From Schmidtea nova (lineage: Eukaryota), in the NCBI GenBank assembly GCA_044892505.1, contig CM097883.1, forward strand, positions 375,968,001 to 376,032,000: a DNA stretch of 64,000 bases, read 5' to 3'. Below are positions 51,011-62,716 of this stretch, piece after piece. The first letter of the stretch is position 1; each line of letters begins with the position of its first letter. Under the pieces are notes generated by a model. The model saw nothing but the letters and a program-made list of their open reading frames with translations. It was not told the origin of the DNA and did no database searches. Made by a program: the position numbers and the translations under genes.

Positions 51011-52200
51011 CTACACAAATGTTTCTTCATAGATCATCCAAGGTCTCGAAGGCTCGGATTGAATCGTAGAAGGTCTGTATATTTTTATCGATTCGCAAAA
51101 GGCAATAGCGCCAAATGTGATGAGAAAGATTGTTAGGATAATGATAATTATAAATAATATCACACACGCGATTTCTTTGTCATTGTTTAATAATGATATA
51201 GTTTTATTATTTACAATTGATTTATTGGTGATGTCATTGAAAGGCGTTGTCATCTGATTTTGGTACAGTGTATTTGAATCGCTGTCATTCATCTTGTCGT
51301 AAAAGATTTGGACGAACTTTTCCTCGACTAAAGTTACTCGCCATAGATTAGAATACGAGATGCGACGCTGATATTTGATTTTCATAAAGACAAATTTTGA
51401 CCTTGATTTTGAGCGCAGTTGTTGAAAGGTTAATATTTGAGATTTATTGCTGCTGTCTAAGATTGCCTGAACTTTTCCACAATAGTATATGATAGCTTTT
51501 TGATTTGGGTCTGCTCTCCAAGTAACATTTATTAACTGATTGTAGATATAAAACTGAACTCAGTTCGTTTCGTTTTATCGCTTGTTGACTAGACTGAATT
51601 TCAATCCATAGATTATCACTGACCGTTCCATTATCATACAAGGATTTTTCATAATAACGAATTAAGATATTATATGTATGAAATAATTTCAAATTAACAT
51701 AGTTTATAAAGGGTTTTCTGCTGTTCAGCGTGTCTATAGCATAATTCTGGAAGACAGTTTTCACTTGTTGGGATTTTTGTGGTTCCCAATGTACATAAAT
51801 TCCATTCACAACGGGTTCAATCGAAACAAGATGCTATAACCTTTTCGTCCAAACAACGAGATGTACCATATTATATATTTTGGTAGTGTTCCCTTTAGAG
51901 CTTAATTGTGTTATTAGCCACTGATATTTATAATTCATCGTTAATTGCCTTGCCACGTGAATGTTTTTATTATAATTCAATCTAAATGAGGGTTCAAAAT
52001 AATCTAGTAAATTATTTACTTCAATTTCCTCTTCCCTTTAACCGTGAAAAAACCATACGATCTGGGTAGATGTTGCATATGTCAATTTTTTCCATCAATG
52101 GGATTCTTTTTGTTGCATACAAGGGAAAAACTCGTATTGCACTTGTACAAAAGACATTTGCCATCATTATTGTTGAAACCAATAAGACTTTGTTGATATA
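51011..52200 (-). pseudogene. Env-like type I membrane glycoprotein (ORF3), degraded
   Basis: Directly after integrase; signal-peptide-like KVLLVSTIMMANVFCTSA, N-glycosylation sequons (NGT, NKS, NKT) and a C-terminal TM helix IACVILFIIIIILTIFLITFGAIAF. Confidence 0.65.
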
Positions 52201-52202
52201 GT

Positions 52203-53840
52203 TTAGTGGAGCTGGGTTTTTGTAAATCTTTGTTTTACTGCTCCTTCTCTGTCTTTAGTCAGTTTTGATCTCAATGGATATCGTGTTATTTCCTCCGACG
52301 GAACTTTCTTGCACCTGTTTACATGAACAATTATTGTTCCAGCTTTTTTATTATTCTGTGGGCGTAATTTCAAATTAGTTTCTGTAGTATCACATACGAT
52401 ATATGGTCCTCTAAACGGTCGCTGCAATTAAGGGGATTATCCCTTTGTCAGCTCTGGTTTATTCACATATACTAAGTCTCCAATTTTAATATCATGTGCA
52501 TGAGTGCGCTTGTCGTAGCACTCCTTATATGCTTCTTGCTGGTGTTTTATTTTAAGTCCAGCTTGAATCCAAACTGTCTGGAGTCTTTCTTGCATAATCA
52601 CTTTATAATCCGATACATCCATATATTGGGAAATAGGCGACTAAAATTTCAGATCGATAGGCATATTGTTTCTTTGTAAGTACATGAGATAGAAAGGTGT
52701 TTTACCGGTACTTTCGTTCACTGCATTTCTGTATGCATACAAATATGGTTTAATGAATAAATCCCAATCTTTTTGTTTTCTATTTACGTATGATGATATC
52801 ATGTTAATTAATGTTCTATTAAATCTTTCCACTAATTCATCTGTCTGTGGATGGTATGGTGATGCACTGATTTTCATTATTCCAAAAAATTCTGTAATTG
52901 ATTTGAACAATTCGCTTTGAAGATTTGTTCCTTGGTCGGTAAGCAATTTGTTTGGTGCCCCATATCGAAATATTATGTTTTCCACAAATATCTTTGCAAC
53001 TGTCTCAGCTTTCTGGTTTTGCATGGGGTAGGCTTCTGGCCATTTGGTTAAACAATCACAGAAGACAATGATGTATTTATTGCCGTTTGTCGTTTCTGGT
53101 AATGGACCGACAATATCCATTGCCGTCATTTCCATTGGTGCCTCCGGTACAGACATTGGTTTTAAAGCAACTCTAATTTTTCGTCCTGTGTTTCGTCTAG
53201 TTAAGCATATTTCGCAAGTATGACACCATTGTCTGACATCTTGTTCTATTGTGTCCCAATAGTATTTTTGTTTTAATCTTGACAATGTTTTTCGAGCTGA
53301 TAAATGCCCTCCTAATGCTCCGTCATGATACAACAATAATAATGATTTTCTATGTTTTGTTGGAACTATAATTAATAAATTTTCATTTTTTACGCATTTT
53401 AGCAAACCATCATGTATAATGTATTTATGTCTTTCCTCGACAATATGCTTCCAGTCGCTTTCTTTTCTAATTGTGACAGCATGTTGACGTAGCTGATTCA
53501 ATTCATCATCCTTTTCTTGATCACTTTGCAATTCCTTCATATTATTTGCAATTTTAATTGCCATAAATATAGTGTTTTCGTACTTTGTTTCATATTGAAC
53601 AACGTCCTTCTGCTCTGAAATTCTCGACAGCGCGTCTGCATTTGCGTTTGACTTTCCTGTACGGTATTTGATCTCAAAATCATATTCCTGAAACGCAATT
53701 GACCATCTTATCAGCTTACTTGCCGAGTCTCTGTGCTTCATTAGCCATTGTAAAGGGTCATGATCAGTGAAAACAACAAATTTTCTACCGATTAAGTATT
53801 GCCTGAACGTAGTAATCCAATATACTAATGCTAACGTTTC
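52203..53840 (-). pseudogene. Gypsy pol 3' half: RNase H C-terminal part and integrase
   Basis: ETLALVYW...FTDHDPL, NADALSR, HDGALGGH...CHTCEIC, MDIVGPLP, TDQGTN, VERFNRTL and GPY; frameshifts near the end. Confidence 0.95.
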
Positions 53841-54241
53841 AGCTTAACTTCCAATTTTCCAACGATATTCAATACATTATGCGCCATTGATTTAATAATT
53901 TTCGTTGTTGGCTTTATTCTTGCCTTTTCCTGTCTCGTCAAGAGGTTCTCAGATACTATGCTGTGGCTTGAGCCTGAATCCAATAACGCTTCAACTTTTC
54001 TTCTATTAAATTGTATGTCAATTCGAAGTTGTTTTCCTCCCAATTCTATGGTCATTAATGCATAACTACATGGTAAACCAAGCATATTCTTTCTTGCAAT
54101 TTCGGCGCTCGATGGTTCAATATTTTCTAACTCGACCTTAATATCATCAACTGGTTTCATTTCTGTCAAATTCTCACTTGGGTATACAGGAGCTGTTGGC
54201 AAAAATGTCGGTGTGTACCATTTAGAGAGTGTCAATTCCAA
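53841..54241 (-). pseudogene. Gag end and retroviral aspartic protease, truncated
   Basis: ALLDSGSSHSIV active-site motif; joined by deletion to RNase H, so RT is missing here. Confidence 0.88.
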
Positions 54242-54419
54242 TTAGTTTTGGTATTGGTTCCAGCAAGAATCTGGATTCGGGTTCTATTCTACGTTTTATT
54301 ATACCCCTTCGAAACGATTTTGGCTCTGATCGGCCGCCATTGCTATCATTGTTGTAACTATTATTTTTATCCTCAAATTCGCATTATGATTCTTCACTTT
54401 TCGGATCATTTTTCAATTG

Positions 54420-55320
54420 TTCTCTAACACTTGCCATTTCCTTATATTGATGATTTGTAATGAAGAATCTAGACAAAAATGGAATTCAACCAATAATCAT
54501 TTTCCATGACCATCCGGAAATTGCATATATTCGTTAAGCGTAAAATATTTGTGATAATATTACTTTTATTGTTACTGCAACTACATAAACGCCAAATACA
54601 CAAATGCTCAAGCTTGTCCTAAAAACATATATCTTCCCCAATTTTTTTCCATTGTCTTAAACGTAGCTCGTTTAAAATGATCAGGTGTCAGTAAATATTC
54701 GTAATTAACTTTTCCTTCTCTATTTGGCAGTATTGTATCAATCATCTTAGAAATCACTCGTTCTTTTTCGAAGGAATAACAAATTTCTTTGGGTTTCTTC
54801 TATATCTTCACTCGCATATAGACCCATTTGTGCCATTTTATTCATTGATGTGAAATTTACCAAGTACTCTAAATTTATTAATTCCAATTTATCTGGAGTT
54901 CTAACTCCCCGGTAATCTGGTAACGCTATCCATGAATTTTGTGCTAAACGATATAATGAAGCTAATAGTCGATTACATTGTAGAATTTTCGGTTTGACTT
55001 TTTCTTCCAACAATATTCGAGTTATGGGTTCCATGAATCGTAATTTCCCGCCAACACTTACCGGTAATTCATTTGTACATTTCTCATATTTCGCGATTTT
55101 CACTATAGTTTCCTTGCATTTGTAACTGTATAATGCTTCTCCAAAGATCCTAGCGAATACACCATTTTCTTATATTAGCATGGGTGCTACTAAATTTGGA
55201 TTGGTAATTGCCATTGCAATTGGATTTCTAAGTATTTCCTTGTTCAACTTACAGTTGTTTAGAATCATTTCTCTATATACATTTTCCATGATGTTTTGAC
55301 TAAAATGAAACAAATAGTCA
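54420..55320 (-). pseudogene. Class III (herpes gB / chuvirus G-like) envelope glycoprotein, C-terminal half
   Basis: NNCKLNKEIL...GVFARIFGEALYSYKC...KCTNELPV...FMEPITRIL...C...W...GLY, then TM segments and ISGWSW; pattern recalled from chuvirus-like G proteins in LTR elements. Confidence 0.75.
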
Positions 55321-55366
55321 ATTTTATTATTAAAGTAATAAGTTAATTTGATATCATCCCGGTGAA

Positions 55367-55414
55367 TTCTTGTTTTAGCCTCATATACAATCGTATATGA
55401 GGCTAAAACAAGAA
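55367..55414. repeat. Perfect palindrome, 22-bp arms, 4-nt loop
   Basis: ttcttgttttagcctcatatac-aatc-gtatatgaggctaaaacaagaa. Confidence 0.95.
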
Positions 55415-55833
55415 AGGGATGTCCAATTGGAAGACTTACCCTATCGCTGAAAAGTGCAGAAACAACAAGTTTAACTGTAATTGTGTATTGAAATTCAAAT
55501 AAAAGTTATTGTATTGGGTTTTTTTTCAATTGATTTATAAAGAAAGGACACGATGAGTCAGAGAGTAACCAACTATTTCATAATAACCCAAAATATTAAT
55601 TGAAAATTTTCCTTCTGTAAAACTGAACTGTCATAGCTATGCATTTGAACTGACTATTATATCAATAAGTATCTTAAAATCTTTTGTTGAGCTTTTTCTT
55701 AAAATAATTAATACAGAGTCCACCACAAAATCTAATTTTGGCGGTTATTTTTAAAGATCTGTAGAAAATATGATTATTTAAAAAAAATAAAACAATTAAG
55801 TCATTTAAAAATGAAGTTTTGCCTCCAGGATTG

Positions 55834-55921
55834 TTAGTCAAGTTTCTTGACCATATACTTGGTAATTATGTCTATCATAACTTCATCTGCCCCTCCTCCA
55901 ATCGATACCAATCGAAGATCC
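55834..55921 (-). CDS. Acyl-CoA dehydrogenase, terminal exon
   Basis: (R)DLRLVSIGGGADEVMIDIITKYMVKKLD*, after a 53-nt GT-AG intron (55922-55974). Confidence 0.88.
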
Positions 55922-55974
55922 CTGACCAATAGACAGATACATTATTACACAACAATATACGCTACGAAACATAC

Positions 55975-56201
55975 CTAAACATTCGACTGACATACATGTC
56001 AGCTGTAAAGCCAACTCCGCCGTAAAACTGTAAACATTTATCAGTTATTTCTCTACATATTCTTCCGACTTTTAATTTAGCCATTGACGCAAGAGGAGTC
56101 ACGTCAACTTTATCGAATGTATAGTTATAAACAGCTCGGTATAAAAGGGACCGAACACACTCAAGTTCTGTAAGTAATTCACCCAATGTGAATGCAACTA
56201 C
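55975..56201 (-). CDS. Acyl-CoA dehydrogenase, penultimate exon
   Basis: ttttcag acceptor; VVAFTLGELLTELE...ASMAKL...CLQFYGGVGF...VSRMFR; the 227-nt exon keeps phase with the last exon. Confidence 0.9.
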
Positions 56202-57769
56202 CTGAAAATAAAAAAAATCATTTCAAATTGAAATATTTATAATTTTTAAGGCCTTCTTAAAAATGTACAGGGAAATGGATTTAATAGAAAATTTATTGGG
56301 TATCCAACCTTAAATCTCCATAACAACGAACATTATTCCCCTGCTCGGCCATTTGATATAATTTTTCAAGTCCTCATTCGTAATCCCACAAGATATAACC
56401 GTTAACACGTGATTTGGTATGTCCACGTTAGCAATATTTGCGGTATATAGGCTACGTCAGCAGTGAGTTCAATCCTCGAACTTTGCGTCTACCCCTATCA
56501 ATTTAATATCTTGGTCAATAGATGACCTTTTATGGAGAAATCTGTCTTAACCGTAATGAACACTCTATTTACCAAAGACACTAACTTCCCTTACGTTTAT
56601 TCTCTAGTATTAATTCGGTATTTATCCGTAACTTTCGCTTACGATCAGACAAGAATAGTAGACAGAAATATATATTTATATACATATATTTAGATATTCA
56701 GTTTGTTACTTGGATTAAGCTCGAACGTCAAATTGAAGATGTTATATTTCCGCAATTAATAGATCCTTTTTGTTTTGGACGGTTTGTTTTGTTTTAAAGA
56801 GTACCACTGCTGTTGCTGGCACTTTTCATTGCAATTTCTCTAGATTTTGTTTTAGGATTTCACTCATGACCTGATTTGTTTTCCTTATTCGTGATCCACA
56901 AATTTAGTGACAAAATTAGTGACAAAATTTAGTGACGCATTTTCCTATAATAGATAAGCATTAACCCGTTCTAAATTAGTGATTTTTTGATGTGATTGCT
57001 GGGTTTTGAAAGGTTAGGACCAGGTTGCATTCAATCGCGTAATTTTGTTTGACATTTCCTTCAAGGTCCCCGCATTGACATATCTTAAATCTTTTCGATG
57101 GTCTTGACATATGTAGATATCGGAATATTAAATTATTACGAGTAAACGGAATTTAGATTCCTTATATATCACAATATCTCTGACATACACTTCCAGAGCC
57201 CTCTATTTCTATGTTATCTTTCCTCTGAATATAGTGCTTTAGCCTTTTGTAAGCGGCTATTAAATTTGAATAAGTCTGACTGTACGTTGTCTAATATTCT
57301 CCTAGAAAAAATTAAAATTCTAGTCTCTAACGAGCCTTATATGCAAGAATATCACTCCCAAGTCAAAAAGAAGCATTTTAGTCTTTTTCGAGCCTTAACG
57401 CTAGGAAATGAAAAGTGAAATAAGTCTCGATCGAGACTTAACGCTCGGAAAAGGTTATTCATTTGTTCGACAAATACTAAAATAATGAGTTAAATCAACC
57501 AATTAATTTATTGCTACAAGGAAAATCTAAGTACAAACTATATATAATTTAGTCTATACAGTTTTCAAAATCATCTTTCAGATTCTTTCGATATTTTGAA
57601 TAGAAATGTTCTATTATCTCCATCACCTCCACTTTGATTAGGATGTAATTATTAGTCTGCATAAGCAACTCATAACCCAATGTGATTTTCGCTAGTACTA
57701 TAATAAACTCACCAGTATTCATTTTATTATTCTAGGTGCAAAATGTCGAAATGGTATTGGAAATAAAGA

Positions 57770-58185
57770 TACGTGGATATTGGACAAAATGAATTAGAGA
57801 TATAATGGTTTTGGAGAAGAAAGAATGCGGATATCATGGTTTTACACAAGATAGAATGTGGATATAATAATATTGGACAAGATGGAATGCGGATATATTG
57901 GTATTGGAGAAGACAGAATGTGGATATAATGATTTTTGACAAAATGGTATGTGGATATAATGGTATTGGCCATGACAGGATGTGGATATAATGATATTGG
58001 ACAAGACAGGATGTGGATAAATTGGTATTGGAAAAGACAGAATGTGGATATAATGATTTTGGACAAGATGGTATGTGGATATAATAGTTGTGGACATGAC
58101 AGGATGTGGATATAAAGATATTGGACAAGACAGAATGTAGATAAAATGGCTTTGGACAAGATTGTATATGGATATCATGGTATTG
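57770..58185. repeat. 31-bp minisatellite, about 13 copies
   Basis: Consensus gatataatggtattggacaagacagaatgtg. Confidence 0.95.
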
Positions 58186-59099
58186 TTGGTATAGTGGATA
58201 TAATCGATTGTTTACGCGCTTTGACTTGCTTCTTTCTCAATATTCTTTAGCTTTAAATTCTCGTCTGCTTAGCTTCCTTTGTCCTTTGCAACACAAATTC
58301 CTTTTCTGCAACTGATTCAATTAACAAATTTCTTTTCGTATTTCAATTCGACTCTTAATTTCATTTCTGTTCAAGTTCCCAATTTTCTCTTCCTACTTCA
58401 ATTCAACAATTTGATTCCTGTTTCTCAATATTCCACCTAAATGTTCTGTCTAAAATATTCTGCAAAAAATTCTGACCGCTTCTGCTGTGCTTCCTCCTTT
58501 TATATCTCGTCACTTTGTGGCACTTCGCCTTTGCCATTCCTGTCTCTGGCATTTTCCATTTTTCTCCGCAACTCCCATGTTGCTCCTGACAGTTCGGCAC
58601 TCGTGACAACTTGCTTTTTTCCCATTTCTGCTTATGGCATTTCCTATACTTTTTTAGAACTCCCATGCTGCCTTTGACAGCTCGGCACTCGGGCTACTTT
58701 GTTTTTTCCTTTTTCGCTGCTATGGCCTGTTTTATTTTTTTGTTCCCGTTATCTCTGACAAGCTGTCGAGATAAGCATATTGTTGTTGCTGTTATTTCTG
58801 TTTTTCCCGATTCTGAAATTCCTTTTCCTTTTGTACTAATTAATTAGTGCTGACCTTTGTTTTTGTTTTCTTGTCTGATTTCTTTTGTCTGATTCCTCTT
58901 TCTCATTTCTTTTTATTTCCGTTTTCTTTTCTGAGTTCCCATTAACCGTCTCATTCGTCATGACGATTTTCCCCCAGGTAATTTTATAATTTTCTTATAT
59001 TATTTTTGTGTTTTAGGTATCTTCAAGATATCTCCCTCCTTTTAAAAAATTTGTCATCGAATTTGTTATTACATTTTCAATTGATACCTTAAACTAAAT

Positions 59100-59746
59100 T
59101 ATAGTATAATTGTATAATAATGCTTTCTAATTGCCACATATTTACAAAATAACAGTAATTTTAATGTTTAATATAATAACAATAATATCAATATTAATTT
59201 TAACAATTATAGCAATGCAGATGATACCATAACGGTACTAATAATAATTTTAACAATAATAAAATCAATAATACTGTTGATTACTGCAATTGTACTCATA
59301 CATTAATGATAACAATTACAACGATATCATAATAATGACAATGATACTCACAATAATAGTACCAATTATTATAATTACATCAATAGAAATAATACTAACA
59401 ATAATGATAATACTATTATTAATTACCTTAATAATGATAATATTAATAAAACGTTAATAATATTTTAATAATAAATAATTGATAATAGTAATAAATATGT
59501 TATTAATAATAGTAATAATACTTATAATAATAACAATGATAATAAAATACTAATAAATACTAATAGTGATACTGATAATAGTGCTATTTATAATACAAAT
59601 AGTAATAATATCAATAACAATAATAACAATAATAATACTAATAATGCTAATAATAATTATAATAGTAATAAACATTGATGATAATACTAAGGATGATAAT
59701 AATAATGAATAATAATATCAATAAAATTGATATTAATAATAACATC

Positions 59747-59800
<54 letters not shown>

Positions 59801-59835
59801 AACAAGCAATAATCCCATTTATAGTAATAATAATA
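59100..59835. repeat. Degenerate (AAT)n low-complexity tract
   Basis: AAT-rich with a pure core near 59745-59800. Confidence 0.9.
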
Positions 59836-60974
59836 ACTATTACAACACAAAAATTTTGTTTCTTTTAATTAGAATTTTTCTATTATTTTAAATTATTTTA
59901 TTATTTGGCATTCTAGAGCCTTTTGATTAAAATTTTTGGTGGCATTTTAATGCCATTTATTAAAGTTTTGTTTATTAAACTTTGGCGTTTGCATGCCCCG
60001 CCGAATTTTTGCGTTTCAATTTTTTTTCGACATTCTGACAACCGCAAGTCCGAATCGATCATAAATTATTCATGTTTTCCCGAACGACTTGGATTTTTTT
60101 ACATTACTGCACTTATGTGCCTAATTTTTTGAATTACCGCTATTTAATTAATTTGGTGCGACATTGTCGCCTTTACATAGCCGTTCGCGGCAAAATTGTG
60201 TGCTGACATTTCCTGATGCAAAGGCATGCCAACAAGATAGATAAAATACAAGTAGAGAAGCCCCAAATACAAGTCTACCTCCACGCCACAGACAGAAAAT
60301 AGAATTCCTTCGATTTGTTTGGGTAATTTTATGCACCCTTTTTTTAAATCGATTTGATTTAAGTAAAAATTTCAAATTCTGCGTCATTCAAAATTTTCAG
60401 CTGTCACGGAACGTCCAAAAAACCTGACAAGAGAGGCCAAGAAAAGACTCCCACCACGATCCAGTCCCTAGGGCAACGAATGCAAACACCAACCCAGACT
60501 CCATTAAAGAATGGATTGACATGGTTGATGGTGATGGTTCGTTGATTTTGTAAATTGTTTTTTTTATCTTTCCTGTTTGTTTCTCCAGCCATGGCAAAAC
60601 ACCAACTGACGAACAAGACGAACTCAAGAGAGATTGTTGATGGTCATGATCATTGCTATCGCCATCTGGCTGATGTAATGAAAATACAAAACTGGAGAGG
60701 ATACAAAATGAAAAACTGATTATTATTGCTGAATATTGGCTTTTTATGAGTTATTAATCAACGAATTTCGGCAGTGACGAAATGAAATAATAAATGAACT
60801 CCCACCAATCCGTCGAACTTTGGTATGCTATGATCACTGCCGCTGCAGAAGTATCGAGAAAAGTCGGTCAAAACTCGCTCCAAAGCATCAAATGCCCGTA
60901 ACCAAGTACAGAAATAAATATTTCCAAGTTGTTACAATTTCATTTTACTCACCTTATCAGTACAATTATAGAAG

Positions 60975-60982
60975 TAATGATA

Positions 60983-61027
<45 letters not shown>

Positions 61028-61086
61028 AATAGTGCTAATAATGATGATAATGACAGCACCACCTGTAATGCCAGTAATAGTACTAC

Positions 61087-61139
<53 letters not shown>

Positions 61140-61900
61140 GTAATAATAATAATAATAGTAATATTAATAATGATAATTATAATTACAATAGCCATAATAA
61201 TAAGAATAATACTTGCAATAATTATATAGTTATAATAATAATACAATTGACAACAATTATAAAATTTCTAATAATGGTAATAATAGTAATAACGATAATT
61301 AACTAAAATTATCTATCGTGACATTTATGTGCCTTAATTATAATAATAGAGATAATAATAGTAATCATAACAATGATAATAATAATAATATAATAATAAT
61401 AATAAAAATAATAATAATAATAATAAGTCTATGACTTTCTAAAGATCTCAACACAATGAAATCTCTCCACCACAACTCGTCATCGTTTTTGGATTATAAT
61501 TTATGCACAGCAGACACATTATTATTTTTGCTTTGACCCATTAAGGTAAGTATTGTTTTATAAATTGTTTATGATAATAATATTAAAATAATGTTAATAA
61601 TAATATGATGATAATAATATATAATGATAATAATAATAGTAATGATAATAATTCTAGTATAATGATACTAATAATAATAATAAGTAATCATGATAATAAT
61701 AAAATAACCATGGAATAATAATAATAATGACAATAATGATACATAATACACTCGCTCATAATAATTAATGGCAATCTTAATAATAATACTGTTGATAATG
61801 CAGATAATAATATAATAATAATGATAACAATATAATATTAAAATAATAGACAATGGTCTTAATTATTAACATTAATAATACAGTGACAATGATAAGAATA
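60975..61900. repeat. Degenerate (AAT)n low-complexity tract
   Basis: Explains the poly-N and poly-I ORFs. Confidence 0.9.
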
Positions 61901-62321
61901 ACATTAAAATATTACATTATATTTATTTCTCTATATATTGTTATTTGATTTTTATTTCGATTTTTTAATTATTTATTTATTTGTCATTTTAGTTTTATTA
62001 GTGCTATATTATTGATTTTATTTATTTATTCTCTTTTATATATACTTCTAATTATTTATTTGTTCTTTGATTTCAACCACCCCTCTACTATTTTACTACC
62101 TACTCGTCCTTTTATAGGTATTAAATTACTTAGAATTATCCTATCCGCTGGGTACGCCAGCGCTGCCGGCGGTTAGGGTAATTGGTCTTGGAGGTCCCAA
62201 ATACCAAAGTTCGAAATTTGGGATTTTCAAGACTTATATTGATCACAATTTGTTTGATTATTTAAATTTAAAAATTTAGTCTAAATTTTTGCTATTTATT
62301 ACCAATCGTTATATTTTATTT

Positions 62322-62326
<5 letters not shown>

Positions 62327-62378
<52 letters not shown>
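62327..62378. repeat. (TA)n microsatellite
   Basis: Pure TA run. Confidence 0.97.
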
Positions 62379-62382
<4 letters not shown>

Positions 62383-62716
62383 TCTGAGTCACTCCCGAGT
62401 GGGTTTGTACAACAGATATAACAGAATTAAAATTTTTACTATACTTATTTTATTTATTTATTTTGTTCGTTACAACCTTTACTTATTTCTTTACGATTCA
62501 TACCTATTATTTATTTATTTTAGTTTTATTCATTGTCTAATTATTTTCTTTAACTTTTGTGAGGGTGGGAGCGCAAAAGAAACATAAAACCTAAAATAAT
62601 AATTTATTAATTTAATACAATTTTGACTTTTCTATTGTCTTTTTTGTAAACTGCAACGATTTTCTCGAGTTGAAACTCTTCTCCATCAATTGAGATTTTC
62701 TTTTTGGCTGCCACTA

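Noticed and set aside
58200-59045. Degenerate coding-like and PPT-like sequence (aaaaggagggag on the minus strand)
   Set aside because: Probably an LTR-element relic, but no TG start, partner LTR or protein motif supports a call.
59900-60930. GC-richer patch with short ORFs and short inverted motifs
   Set aside because: Could be a Mutator-like relic, but neither TIR pair nor transposase motif could be established.
62187-62197. tRNA-Gln-like PBS TGGAGGTCCCA
   Set aside because: It is on the strand opposite to the adjacent pol, is not preceded by an LTR-end CA, and the match stops after about 11 nt.
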